From assembly GCF_001194135.2 (NCBI RefSeq), contig NC_068995.1, forward strand, positions 14,812,426 through 14,876,425: a stretch of DNA of 64,000 nucleotides, in the 5' to 3' direction. Source of the DNA: Octopus bimaculoides. Lineage: Eukaryota. The position numbers and the translations under genes were made by a program. A model generated the notes under the pieces. The model did no database searches. It saw only the letters and a program-made list of their open reading frames with translations, and was not told the origin of the DNA. Positions 37,601 through 48,966 of the stretch are shown piece by piece; the stretch's first letter is position 1; each line of letters opens with the position of its first letter.

Positions 37601-38533
37601 CAACAACACTTTCAGGACTTAGTCAAAGTTATTTTATCATTGAGAGACTAAGTAAAGACCCTATCTGGGCACTGCGGTTGCTTTATCATTGACACTAGAT
37701 GAAAAAAAAAACTAGGACTCTGCAGTATTACCTTATCACTGACACACTTCCTCATGTCATGGTCTTGACTTTGTCATGGTCTTGACTTTGTCATGGTCTT
37801 GACTTTGTCATGGTCTTGACTTTGTCATGGTCTTGACTTTGTCATATCAAGATGCTTTATTCTCTATCGTTTTTGTCTGTTTGTCATTAGATTGTGGCCA
37901 TGCTGGGACACTGCCATGAAGGGTCTAGTCGAACAAATCGACCCCAGTTCTGCCCCAATCATCATCATTTAATGTCCGTTGTCCATGGTTTACATAGCCA
38001 TTTGAGGGAATGCCATGCTTCTTCATGATCTTCAGACACAAAGAAATGGATCTCTGAGTTACACACCCTGTCAAGGAATGTCATTCCAGAGAGCCTTCAG
38101 AGGAACCCCATTACAGCCGCTAGTATTCACAATTAAATTCTTTCACTCATTACCCACCATTCATTACCATAGGCGAGGAGAGATACAGAAACTAAATTGA
38201 AGATAGCAGAGTTTGGCTTTTTCACCACCTTCTCCTCTGATTACAGGTAAGTTCATCGCCATCAATTCATCGCAAGAAAGTTCACCACCATCAATTCACT
38301 GTGAAGAAAGCTCACCATGAGGAAAGTTCATTGTGAGGAAAGTTTACCAAGAAAATATATTCATTATAGGCGTAGAAGTGGCTGTGTGGCAAGTAGCTTG
38401 CTTACCAACCACATGGTTCTGGGTTCAGTTCCACTGCGTGGCATCTTGGGCAAGTGTCTTCTACTATAGCCTCGGGCCGACCAAAGCCTTGTGAGTGGAT
38501 TTGGCAGACGGAAACTGAAAGAAGCCCGTCGTA

Positions 38534-38582
<49 letters not shown>

Positions 38583-41500
38583 GTGTATGTGTTTGTGTGT
38601 CTGTGTTTGTCCCCCAACATCGCTTGACAACCGATGCTGGTGTGTTTACGTCCCCGTAACTTAGCGGTTTGGCAAAAGAGACCGATAGAATAAGTACTAG
38701 GCTTCTAAAGAATAAGTCCTGGGGTTGAGTTGCTCGACTAAAGGCGGTGCTCCAGCATGGCCACAGTCAAAAGACTGAAACAAGTAAAAGAGAGAAAAGA
38801 GAGTATAGTAAGTTACCATTAATAGTTAAAACTATTTTATTGGGAAAAAATGGTGAATTGATGACAGTGAACTTTCTCTGTGGTGAATTGATGATTGTGA
38901 CCTTACCAGATATGCTCTTCTTTTTGTCCCACAATCAAAACGAATTATTACAAAGAAATAATGAAATCATGATGTAAGTGGAAGGAATACCTCTTGGAGT
39001 AAAATGATATCATATTCGCTTTCTGACAGGGCCTTTGCAAGGCTTTTAACCCTAAAATTCTTGTCCTTACATATCACTGGGAAGGGAATGCCCCTGGAAA
39101 ATAAAAGCAAATAGAAGAAATTAAGGTCAAACTAATTTAAACAAATAGCTTTCAAGGTATTCATCACACATCAGACAAATCAACTACTATATACAAATTT
39201 CTACATTAATATAATTTTTAAGTATTAATTTCTCAAAAGATTAAAAGCAAAGTCATCAACAAGGTGGACTTTGTCTCTTATCCTTTTGGGGATAATGTTA
39301 AGAACATAAATTGTGACTAGGGTTTGGTGGTAGGTTTTAATTCAGAACTTTTGAAAACAAGACATTTGTAGTACAGAGCCAGAGGCAGTTTCAGCCGGGT
39401 TGGTATCAAAAGGCAGTGAAATGGCAGAATCATTAACATGCTGAGCAAAATGCTTTGCGGCATTTCGTCCATCTTTATGTTCTGAGTTCAAATTCCTCCA
39501 AGGTTGACTTTGCCTTTCATCCTTTCGGGGTTGATAAATTAAGTACCAGTTGAGTACTGGGGTTGATGTGATTGACTGTCCCTCTCTCCACGACTCAGAG
39601 TTTGGTTCAGTCCAGACCTCCAGATGGACAAAAACTGGGAAAAAGTAATGAGCAGGTGGAGCTCAGAAAGAATTTTCTTCAGGTTGAGAAGCCCATCCCA
39701 CTCAAATGGTCCTTGAATAAAGGATATTTAAGAATGTTAAACAAGACACTTATGTTTCTAGAAGTGAATTATTCAAACCCCAAAGAATTCCTCTCAACAC
39801 ATGGCTACGATGTTCCCTTACTACTTCTGCTCATGATCAGAGATGCACATATCGTCAGTCACTAAGAGACATACTCAACTGGTTATGGTCAAACAACTGA
39901 TAAGCAAATCTGCGATATTGAACAGAATATAGGAACTTTGTGAGAACATCAGTGGACAGTTTTCTTTCGCTTTCACACACTGTACAGCTTTGCAAGCACC
40001 TTTTCCTATCAGTCACACATTTAAGGGTGTACAAGTATTCATCCTTGTCTTTCTGCTTGACTTACTAAACTACTGGCTACTACTATAGCCTTTTACACCT
40101 ATCCTACGTGCAAATAAAGGCTGTAAACAATACTTCTCTATTCCATGTTGATTATTACACAGTCTCACAGACTTTGAACAATTTAATCATAATATAACTC
40201 ATTACATATACTTATATTATATCTTATATCTTATATTATATTTTATATTCCTCATCATCATCATTATCATTCAACATCCTCCTTCCATGCTGGCATGGAC
40301 TGGACAGTTTGACAGGAGCTGACCAGGTGAGAGCTTGTGCCATCCTTCTGGGTGTGTTTTGGCATGGGTTTTACAGCTGGATGCTCTTCATAACACCAAC
40401 CACTCCATAGAGTGGGCCGAATGTTTTTTACATGGCACTCGCACAGGCCAGGTCAGTTTTGGTTTGATTTTTATAGCTGGATGCCCTTCCAAATGCTAAC
40501 CACTTTACAGTGTGGACTAGGTGCTTTTTAAGTGGCACTTGCACTGGCAGGGGTCACCAAGTGACTTTGCAAGGTAGAGAGTCTTTCAGAGGGGAGAGGG
40601 CATTGGAGGAGGTGATCTTGTGTCAGATGATGAAAGAGTAGAGCGTGACAGAGAAGCAGAAACACACACACACACACACACTTTGTGGATACCAGCAATC
40701 CCACCCTACACTATACGGAAAATAATATGGAAATCACATGAGAAGTAAATATTGTGCCATGCTTGGTACTTGGAACAATCTATTGGAAAAAGTATTTAGA
40801 TATGTTTGTAACTTGGCACCAACCATAGAAACAAAACGTCATAACTTGAGAAAGGGGGGAGGGGTGCTCAAAGGTCGTGTAAGCATCTGTGCGTTTGTTT
40901 GTACGCTTATTGTTTACGTCTTGGTTAAAACTTCGGTTAAATTCTTCGGGGCAAAATGCTGTACAAATCCCATCTCTACAGGATTACCAACCCTAAAACA
41001 TGCACAAATTTCCCATTCACTCTTTTCTGGAAAACTCCAATCGCCTCAGAACACTCCCAGAGATAGTGTTTTGGTGTCAAGGGACATAACTCTTAAAATA
41101 ACTTTTGGTTCATTTCATCGTCATTTTTATAGTTGTCTCAAACAAGATGTGTCTGTTCACTTCCAACAATAGAAAGCAATTGTCCTATTTTATTCCATAG
41201 CTACCATCTCTGAAGAGCACAGGGTTACATAATTCGGCTGTTACTTAACACTGTATTAAAATCCTAACGCAAAACCAATTGATAAGATTGGCTGTAATGG
41301 GTATATAATATTTTACACTTTAATATACCCACTCTTTTGACAAAAGTGCATATTTTTTTTCTGACTTATGGATTCTTAAACGACCCATCCTACCATTGAT
41401 ATTCTGACCCCTGTACTTTGAGGGTATGCCCTGGCACTTTGCCACCATCTCTCTCTTGCTTTCTCCCTCTGATTGGGTAACCATGTATCTCCATTACAGC

Positions 41501-43872
41501 AATAATTCCTTCCTTCCTTCCTCATTCTCTCTCTCTCTCTCTGATCAGGTAACCATGTATTTCCTCTACAGCAAGACACCTGTTTCTGTCTCTCTATTGC
41601 ACTCTAACCTTTTATTACCTGGCACAAGGTCACCTCCTCCAATGTCACGTACCCTCCCAAAGGATCTTGGTGACCCTGCCAGTGCTGGTGCCACGTAAAA
41701 AGCATCCAGTCCACTCTGTAAAGTGGTTGGTATTAGGAAGAGCATCCAGCTGTAAAAATTATGCCAAAACAGACTGAAGCCCAGTGCAATCTTTATATNN
41801 NNNNNNNNATATATATATACAGTGTACATTTAAACACATAAGAGGTATCTATCATAGGATTCCCTCAGGCTAGAAAGAACAGCTAAGTTCCAAACCACTA
41901 TTAGGGATAAAATTTTGAATGGTGAATGTTTTTATTTTTCATTCCTTTCGAAATTTTATCCCTAATAGTGGTTTGGAACTTAGCTGTTCTTTCTAGCGTA
42001 AGGAAATCCTATGATGGATACCTCTTATGTGTTTAAATGTACACTGTATTTATATGAAGAAAAATATGTAGTTTATGGACTAAATCTAATATTTCTATTA
42101 CCCTTCGATATTATTGATTATATATATATATATATGTATATTTGATGAGATTCTTACAGTTCCAGTCCACCAAATCCACTGACAAGACTTAGGTTGGCCC
42201 GAGGTTACAGCAGAAGACACTAGCCCAAGGTATCACGCAGTGGAACTGAGCCGGAAACCATATAGTTGAGAAGCAAACTTCTTGTCACACAGCCACGCTC
42301 ACGCCTGTCTAACTGTTTTTTTGTTTTTTTTTTCGGTTCACGTTGGAAAAAGCACTGTGGTTCCCAACTTGAAGGTACGCCTATACAAAAGTAAATACTG
42401 ACTAGGGGCCTGTGGGCGGAGTTCGAAAATTGAGTAACCAGACCATTCAAAATCCTGGGGTTCGAAACCACGGACCTATCGTCTTTAAAAAGAACACGTT
42501 GAATACTCTGCGCGTAGGTAAAGGGCCAGGATGGTCAGGGCTAGAATACCTTTGGTCATATGTCGACTAGATCAAGGTTGACCTGGGGTTAAAACAACAA
42601 CAACAAAAGCAGTTGAAACGAATCAACGAAGGAGACTACGTAGTCGTCGATACGCTAGAAAATGCAACCAAGACTTTTCAAATCCACAATGTTATTGATT
42701 TTAGAGAAATAGAAAAAAAACGAAGAATATATCACACATAATAATCATGGATATGTGCAGAGATGAGATGACCACGGCTGGAACGCCTCTGATCACAAGT
42801 CAAATCGATCAAGGTTGATCTGGGGCTGAAAACAACAACAACCCGCTATTTAAAGATTCCGAACCAACGAAGAGCGCCTCTACGTCATCGATCGAGACGC
42901 TAGAAATAACAGTGAAATCTCTTCGAATCGCTCCCAACCACCATTTTTCAAAAAGGCATTTTGGATATAATCATGGATATACAAAAAAAAAAAAAAAATT
43001 CATGGGATGGTCACGGTTAGAAATGCTTTTAATCATATGCCAGCCGGATAAATGCTAATGTACTGCTAAACAAAACAAACACAATAGTTGAAATGAAAAT
43101 TGGATCAGCTGTTGTTTTCTCTTCTTTTCGTATCAATGAAATGTTGATGTATGACTAGAAATGTCTAACTGGGGTTGCTGGCAGCAATAATAAATACATT
43201 TACGTCAACATAGTTAAGCTAACACGGATTCAAGCCTCTGCGTAGTTGTACAGCGTCAGAAAAATAGCAGCCAAATCTTCCTTAAATCATACCCTATTAT
43301 ATTTAAAAGGAAGTGCACACTGCATTATGAAGTCTAAACAAGTTTAAACAATAACAAAAAGATTTTTTTAAATAGATGACCACGGCTGGAACGGCTTTGA
43401 TCAGAGATCATATGTTCTACTCTTAGATCAGTAACTAACCAGGACAACGTCCGATTGCTGAAAATAGCAGTCAAATCTTCCTTAAGACACAATCAGCTGT
43501 CTTAAACACAGAACACGGTGTATATATCAAAAATAATAATATAGTTCCTGGTGAACGGAAAGATAGGATCATCACGGTTGGAACGTATTTGATCATAAAT
43601 CCAGCTAGTTTAGTTACTTGGAAGTAAACAAACTGTTAATATGGTCTGTTTCATTGCCATGATGAATCAAAATCAAAAGCACACACACACACATATACAC
43701 ACGTAGACGAAAAAAATAGTCTCTTTTTCAAATTATTTAACTGATTCAATTATTAACTGATAAAATATTTAATTATAAATAATAGGTTATCAAAATACAT
43801 TTTTTTAATAAGTATAAATAAATGAACGAATATTTACCAGCAATTTAAAGTGAGAATTCTGAGTGAAAACAT
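23734..43872 (-). CDS. SMPD2: Neutral sphingomyelinase 1 (SMPD2-like), paralog B; 8 coding exons
   Basis: Exons 43838-43872, 38991-39093, 35705-35781, [exon 4 in gap 31364-32163], 30121-30324, 28043-28172, 25295-25613 (partly gap), 23734-24068. All visible junctions are GT-AG and phases are consistent. Motifs match SMPD2/Isc1-type nSMase: LNCWGIP, LLQE-IW, IHAEY, GGDCN, KRIDYLLF, plus two C-terminal hydrophobic segments. Confidence 0.93.
24955..25130 (+). mobile_element. Highly decayed RTE LINE 3' fragment
   Basis: Degenerate (W)YGHVM...KEC..L.V.G...(TW)DEVVK..LR.L.L signature. Confidence 0.5.
25295..25613 (-). CDS. SMPD2: SMPD2-B exon 7 (interrupted by N gap 25302-25562)
   Basis: Acceptor at 25614-15 gives G-TKVTVDHYERVFGKIP, then the gap. 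On the far side, ...CCTACAG|GTGAG is a phase-1 donor compatible with exon 8. The catalytic SDH motif is expected inside the gap. Confidence 0.7.
27897..28042. repeat. Compound (GAT)n/(GGT)n/(TAG)n microsatellite abutting the exon-6 donor
   Basis: Directly visible. Confidence 0.95.
28043..28172 (-). CDS. SMPD2: SMPD2-B exon 6
   Basis: 130 nt, KNIVDDKLGNTCECPDNSYTDSATKLKFPDGKRIDYLLFRANS. GNT...N and RIDY match SMPD2. Confidence 0.92.
28648..29052 (+). mobile_element. tRNA-derived SINE, family 1 (near full length)
   Basis: A-box-like TGGCTGTGTGG and B-box GGTTCAGTCCC, internal (TA/TG)n, tail (GAAACAAGTAAAAGAG). Many copies: 1050-1141, 2465, 21280, 22685, 28310, 29870, 33830, 34640, 38369, 42170, 45790, 51430, 55805, 59790, 61380. 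Confidence 0.85.
29584..29620 (+). ncRNA. Minimal hammerhead-like fold with A6U core variant
   Basis: UCUUU-CUGUUGA-A-GAGC(GUA)GCUC-GAAA-CGU-C-AAAGA. Perfect stems I and II, triplet GUC. Confidence 0.6.
30121..30324 (-). CDS. SMPD2: SMPD2-B exon 5
   Basis: 204 nt, IHAEYSDVNDEYFTHRLIQSF...GGDCN...DAWLKK. Confidence 0.95.
30680..31215 (-). mobile_element. Non-LTR retrotransposon 3' remnant with restriction-like endonuclease (R4/Dong/NeSL-like)
   Basis: W(R)LCEKY...KWYKHK...KILWDF...RPDIVIDK...IIDIAISGD...IPVVVGA...QKTALLGT, a PD-(D/E)xK REL region. Confidence 0.75.
32200..32510 (+). mobile_element. Second REL-type non-LTR retrotransposon 3' remnant (different family)
   Basis: LIDVSVSTDKNISVKEFYKLSKYKDLEIEIQKIWHLKARTVPLIVSTLGMIKK...HLENIPGEPCLREI...ILRK. 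Confidence 0.8.
32835..33290 (+). repeat. Interspersed repeat, family 4
   Basis: GGAAGTGTTATCATGTACATTG...CTCTGATCACGAGCAGAAG. Copies at 3990-4345, 6380-6560, 26700-27235(-), 37020-37215(-) and 39630-39930(-). Confidence 0.8.
33830..34266 (+). mobile_element. tRNA-derived SINE, family 1 (older copy)
   Basis: Same head, body and tail as 28648. Confidence 0.8.
34810..35035 (+). mobile_element. Twin C2H2-like zinc-finger remnant, probably a LINE C-terminus
   Basis: CHCGFVIQSKTGLAIHSRKH and CSICPTICKAPAGLKRYICVH. Antisense in SMPD2-B intron 3, with no splice context. Confidence 0.45.
35705..35781 (-). CDS. SMPD2: SMPD2-B exon 3
   Basis: 77 nt, IWCISDFEHLKSVISNKLPHSHYFH. Confidence 0.92.
35882..36073. 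repeat. Compound (TAG)n/(CAG)n/(GTT)n microsatellite
   Basis: Directly visible. Confidence 0.95.
36142..36338. mobile_element. piggyBac-type MITE
   Basis: TTAA-CTCTTTTGC ... GCAAAAGGG-TTAA, the reverse-orientation relative of 21931. Confidence 0.75.
37756..37845. repeat. Minisatellite (GTCATGGTCTTGACTTT)x5
   Basis: Five perfect 17-bp units plus a partial unit. Confidence 0.95.
38246..38907. mobile_element. Small TIR element (GGTAAG...CTTACC) with a nested SINE
   Basis: Imperfect TIRs GGTAAGTTCATCGCCATCAATTC / GAATTGATGATTGTGACCTTACC plus subterminal AAAGTTCAC repeats. Absent from the homologous position in paralog A (about 7745). Confidence 0.55.
38369..38802 (+). mobile_element. tRNA-derived SINE, family 1
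   Basis: Near-identical to 28648-29052. Confidence 0.85.
38991..39093 (-). CDS. SMPD2: SMPD2-B exon 2
   Basis: 103 nt, GIPFPVICKDKNFRVKSLAKALSESEYDIILLQE. Confidence 0.92.
41820..42047. mobile_element. Tc1/mariner-type foldback MITE
   Basis: TA-CAGTGTACATTTAAACACATAAGAGG... with about 100-bp inverted arms ending ...ATGTACACTG-TA. Confidence 0.85.
43838..43872 (-). CDS. SMPD2: SMPD2-B coding exon 1 (MFSLRILTLNC-W)
   Basis: ATG at 43872, 35 nt, donor GTAAAT, homologous to 10792-10826. Confidence 0.88.
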
Positions 43873-44582
43873 CAGGCGAGATTATTCGTGACTTATTATT
43901 GAAGTTAAATAGTGAAAGAAGCAACAGAGTGATGGCTATTTGCTGCTGTGTATGCGAAATAGCCTGGCTTTTCTTTTCTTTCTATTTTTTTATTCTTCTT
44001 AACAAGGCTACACCTTCTCTGATTAGTCTCTACCACTATGGCCTCACAGAACTCGAAGATGGCTACGATTGTATGATGGATCAGTAGTTTCTGTTTACTT
44101 CTTCTAATTTAGTTCAACAAGTTTAATAAACGACCAACCAACCCACTTTACATTTATAGTCATAACTAATGGCAATAGTTATTTTTCTTTTAATTCAAAG
44201 TTCAAAATTAGCATGTTTATCAACGTATATAAAACTATTAATAATTGCCCGAAGCATTAAAGAAAAGAAAGATATCTATAAGCATATTGTTCATGGTTAT
44301 ATGTAATTTAAACACAATTAATAGATAGCAATTTATGTAATTGTAAGGGAGCCTGTGGTGGGGGGTAATTTACAGAGAACGAAAAGAAATGTAACTTCTA
44401 TCTTTTACTTGTTTCGGTCATACTGGGGCACCGCTTTGAACAGTTTTAGTCAACCACACGGACTCCAGTACTGGTAATCAGTTTAGGGAAGTATTTTTGC
44501 CGAACCGCTAACTTACGGGGACGTATACAAACCAGCGGCGATGGCGGACGGGGAGGCAAACACATGCACATACATACATACA

Positions 44583-44815
44583 TATAATCCATATTAACTT
44601 AAGAGAAGAAAATGGTGAGTTAGTGATTAATAATTATTTATTAATAAATTGATAATCATTTCTTCCTACAGCTGTTTCCATTTATACTCATAAATTTATA
44701 ATTTATTCCATGAGTATAAATGGAAACAGCTGTAGGAAGAAATGACTATCAATTTATTAATAAATAATTATTAACCACTAACTTTCCATTTTCTCTAAAT
44801 TTAATACGGATTATA
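44583..44815. repeat. AT-rich palindrome (~110-bp arms, short loop), probable MITE
   Basis: TATAATCCATATTAA...CATTTATACTCAT / ATGAGTATAAATG...TTAATACGGATTATA. Confidence 0.8.
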
Positions 44816-45443
44816 TACTACATATATACCTATTGATTTAAGGAAATTTTATTTCCTAAATATGTAAGGTATAGAACCAATGTTTTCTTGGATATAATCA
44901 TCCCTTTAAGAGGTTAATATATCCTAAGTTAAGGAATGAAGTAAATAAAATCCGGGCTACATGTTTCATAGTGAGCAGAACCTCAGAAGTAGTAAATATT
45001 CAAGCAAGGTGTATACTGCAGGCTGCTCTTTTAGCCATTACTACCATTCCTCTTCTTCTCAAGATTTTAAATTTTACTACTAATACCACCACTTTAAGCA
45101 TACATTTTTCTTCCCATCGACCACAAGTACATTATCCTCCACACCTTCCCCTTCCCTCACCTCCTCACTATCCTATTCAGATACCACTCCCCATTCCTCT
45201 CTCTCTCTGACTCGGCTTAAATGGCCCTATTGAAAATCATCTGTGAAATGACTCCACCTAAATTCTTTACTTGTAAACTTCCCCACTCCCTTATATACTT
45301 TCTCTTTTTTTTCTTATATTCTTGATTTCTCTCTACAATTACATTCTCCACTCAAACTGCGCTTTCTACACATTCTGATAGAATCCTCCGTGTGTTAATA
45401 TGGACTTCCTAACGACAATGCAAACTTCATTTAACCATGATAC

Positions 45444-45535
45444 TTTTGGCCTGAAGAGTAGCCTGTCGTATACACCTCGCTTGGATATTTACTACTTCCG
45501 AGGTTCCTCTTGCTATGAAACATATGTAGCCCAGA
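45444..45535 (+). ncRNA. Type-I hammerhead ribozyme with extended stem II
   Basis: GGC-CUGAAGA-GUAGC...(~50 nt including an ACCUCG/CGAGGU helix)...GCUAU-GAAA-CAUAUGU-A-GCC. Palindromic stem III ACAUAUGU, triplet GUA. Confidence 0.65.
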
Positions 45536-45768
45536 TTTTATCCACTCCATCCCTTAACTCTTGGATTTTTATTCACATACCCAGCAAACCTGACTGCCAA
45601 CCATGAACTATAAAATAATATTTTTCAGCTTATCATACTTCGATACAGGAAAAATTCACAACTTTCTGCACCAATAAACCACTGTTGTTCCTGAAAGTTG
45701 CTTTTTTATATTTGCTACAGATTGCTTGAAGCTTGCTTTCTTTCTACACCTTGATCCATGCAGCTTAC

Positions 45769-45808
<40 letters not shown>

Positions 45809-46129
45809 TGGTCTTCTTTCACTTTCTATCTACTATATACACTACCATATACACTCACAAGGCTTTGGTCGGCCCGAAGCTATAGCAGAAGACACTTGCC
45901 CAAGGTGCCACGTAATGGGACTGAACCCGGAACCATGTAGTTCGTAAGCAAGCTACTTACCACACAGCCACTCCTACGCCTACTAAAAACTGTGAAAGTA
46001 CGTCCTTCAAGAAAATAGTGAAAATAGCAGACACCTAGATGGGCAGTTAACAGATCCCAGTCAAAAACACTATATTTTTGTTTGGCCCTACGATATAATA
46101 GGCTTGAGAAGACCTGTTGAGTCAAGTAA

Positions 46130-46619
46130 AACCAATATCATTGCTGTGGCCAGTGTCCCCTGACTGGCTCCTGTGCCAGTGGCATGTAAAAAGCACCATC
46201 TGAATGTGGTCAATGCTAGTACCCCCTGACTGGCTCCCATGAAGGTGGCACATAAAAAGCACCATCCGAACATAGTCAATACCAGTACCTCTTGATTGGC
46301 TCTCGTGCTGGTAGCATGTAAAAAGCATCAACAGAACGTGGCTGATGTCAGTACCCCCAACTGGCCCACGTGCCGGTGGCACATAAAAAGCACTATCTGA
46401 ATGTGATTGATGCAAGGCCCGCCTGACTGGCTCCTGTGCTGGTGGCACGTAAAAAGCACCCACTACACTATCAAAGTGGTTGGCATTAGGAAGGGCATCC
46501 AGCTTTAGAAACATTGCCAGATCAGATTGGAGCCTGGTGCAGCTGGTGGCTCTCCAGATCAGTCAAACCATCCAACCCATGCCAGCATGGAAAGCAGACA
46601 TTAAACGACGATGATGATG
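46130..46619 (+). mobile_element. (GAT)n-tailed SINE-like retroposon, family 5, with internal 66-bp tandem array
   Basis: Five ~66-bp units (CTGACTGGCTCC...GTAAAAAGCACC), then GGAAGGGCATCCAGC...GCATGGAAAG...TTAAACGA(TGA)n. Relatives at 18575-19142, 12215, 26120, 27560, 40260, 41640, 52130 and 61160. Confidence 0.8.
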
Positions 46620-48920
46620 NNNNNNNNNNNNNNNNNNNNNNNNNNNNNNNNNNNNNNNNNNNNNNNNNNNNNNNNNNNNNNNNNNNNNNNNNNNNNNNNN
46701 NNNNNNNNNNNNNNNNNNNNNNNNNNNNNNNNNNNNNNNNNNNNNNNNNNNNNNNNNNNNNNNNNNNNNNNNNNNNNNNNNNNNNNNNNNNNNNNNNNNN
46801 NNNNNNNNNNNNNNNNNNNNNNNNNNNNNNNNNNNNNNNNNNNNNNNNNNNNNNNNNNNNNNNNNNNNNNNNNNNNNNNNNNNNNNNNNNNNNNNNNNNN
46901 NNNNNNNNNNNNNNNNNNNNNNNNNNNNNNNNNNNNNNNNNNNNNNNNNNNNNNNNNNNNNNNNNNNNNNNNNNNNNNNNNNNNNNNNNNNNNNNNNNNN
47001 NNNNNNNNNNNNNNNNNNNNNNNNNNNNNNNNNNNNNNNNNNNNNNNNNNNNNNNNNNNNNNNNNNNNNNNNNNNNNNNNNNNNNNNNNNNNNNNNNNNN
47101 NNNNNNNNNNNNNNNNNNNNNNNNNNNNNNNNNNNNNNNNNNNNNNNNNNNNNNNNNNNNNNNNNNNNNNNNNNNNNNNNNNNNNNNNNNNNNNNNNNNN
47201 NNNNNNNNNNNNNNNNNNNNNNNNNNNNNNNNNNNNNNNNNNNNNNNNNNNNNNNNNNNNNNNNNNNNNNNNNNNNNNNNNNNNNNNNNNNNNNNNNNNN
47301 NNNNNNNNNNNNNNNNNNAACTCTTTGAGACTGTACTCCAGCATGGCCTGTCCAAAAACCAAAACAAGTAAATGGTGAAAAATATGTATTATATAATGAC
47401 AAAGTCATTTTGATGAACTCTTCATTGTTTTCAAGATTAATTGAAATAAAAGGTTTTGTGTCTCAATAGAAATATGGTAACAAAAGAATCAGAGATACCA
47501 GTGACATTCACCAATGAATGCAGTGCTGGCTTAACCATTAAGCAAAATAAGCGTATGCATAGGGCATCAAGGGAAGTGCAGGGGGGGGGGCGGCACCACA
47601 GAAATGGTAAATGGTTTACAGCACAAAAGAAAATCACTTTAAACTTACTAAAATAATGTTCAGGATAACTTATCTCAACTAAGTATGAAAGCAGATGTGT
47701 TACATTAGATTAATTTTGAGGATCTGATCAAAGACATTGCAATTTAAAAAAGTAGGAGAAAACATTTCAAATATAAAGTAGAAGTATACAAAATTAAACA
47801 TTATTTTGCATTTTACAGTTAGTTTTGTTTCATTTTGAAAAATAAAAATTACTACGAGATAATTACATGCATTATCTCGTAGCTTCAGGAGGTTAATGAT
47901 GTGATTATTATTTTTACAATGACATTCATTGTTGGGTAGGTGTGAGATGCTGGTTCTAGCCGGTTCTGGCTGATTCCAACATAAAACAGGTAGGATTTTT
48001 TTGGCTGGAAATGGCCAGTTTAAATGCTAAAAGTTTAACTTTAAGTTGACCCTGATCCTGCATTCATATGATCACAGACATTCCAGTAGTTGAGCCCAAG
48101 TTTATCAATATATAAATGACTATATTATCTAGTGTGTCCTTCCTTATTTAAAGATAATATGTGTGATCTGAGAGAGATTTGACTACTATTTCTAGTAGAT
48201 TGAGTAATCATCCATCATTTTAGACAGGATGTATTTCATATCAATTTATTATTCAATATATTTTCCCATTCTTAAGACGGTAGGTTGTGTGATTTCTGGG
48301 TAATTCGTTTGCAGTATCTTTCAAGTTTAATGACTATCCAAAATTATCCACTTAATTCCCCTTTTATGATTTGAAGGAGGTTTAGCTACTGTTTCCAACG
48401 CGCTGAGTGAGACCACATAGAACTCTCCCCCGTTGATTCATATCCCTACTGGTTTCATGAGAAAGTAAGGGAGTAGATCAGTCAATGTTAAACAATGCTT
48501 GACATAAATGGTTTTCTAAATGACACTAGTGATATGCGTAAAGGGAAGTAACTGTGACTTACAATCGAATCAAGGCTCAAGAGATCACAATTCACTTAGA
48601 AATTAAAGACTTGAGCCTTGGTTTTTTACGACAGCACAGGGCGATTAGAAGGAGATTTGGTTACTGTTTGGAGGCAGATTGAGTATTTGCACAGAATATA
48701 GAAACTTAGCTTGACGTGTCCTTCCTTTTTTATAAACTGTTAATGATTGATCTGAAAGCAATTTTGTTACTATTTTGAGCGTATCGATAAGCTATAAAAC
48801 CAACGACACAACACACTCAAACATCAATGAAGAAAGCAAAAAAGATATTTTATTAAAACTTCAGTGAAGTGAACATTATTTACATTTGACGGATATTTGT
48901 CCTCATCTTTTTTTGTTGTT

Positions 48921-48966
48921 AACACAACATTTCGGCTGATATACCCTCCAGCCTTCATCAGGTGTC
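48921..48966 (-). ncRNA. Minimal type-I hammerhead ribozyme
   Basis: GACAC-CUGAUGA-A-GGCUG(GAGGGUAUAU)CAGCC-GAAA-UGU-U-GUGUU. Confidence 0.72.

Noticed and set aside
40700-41380. 144-aa ORF 40738-41172 in CpG-richer sequence
   Set aside because: No recognisable domain or splice context. It is probably the non-coding interior of an unclassified transposon.
46156-46470. Regularly spaced repeats resembling a CRISPR array (also 37756-37845)
   Set aside because: Whole units are homologous with no unique spacers, the context is eukaryotic, and there are no cas genes.
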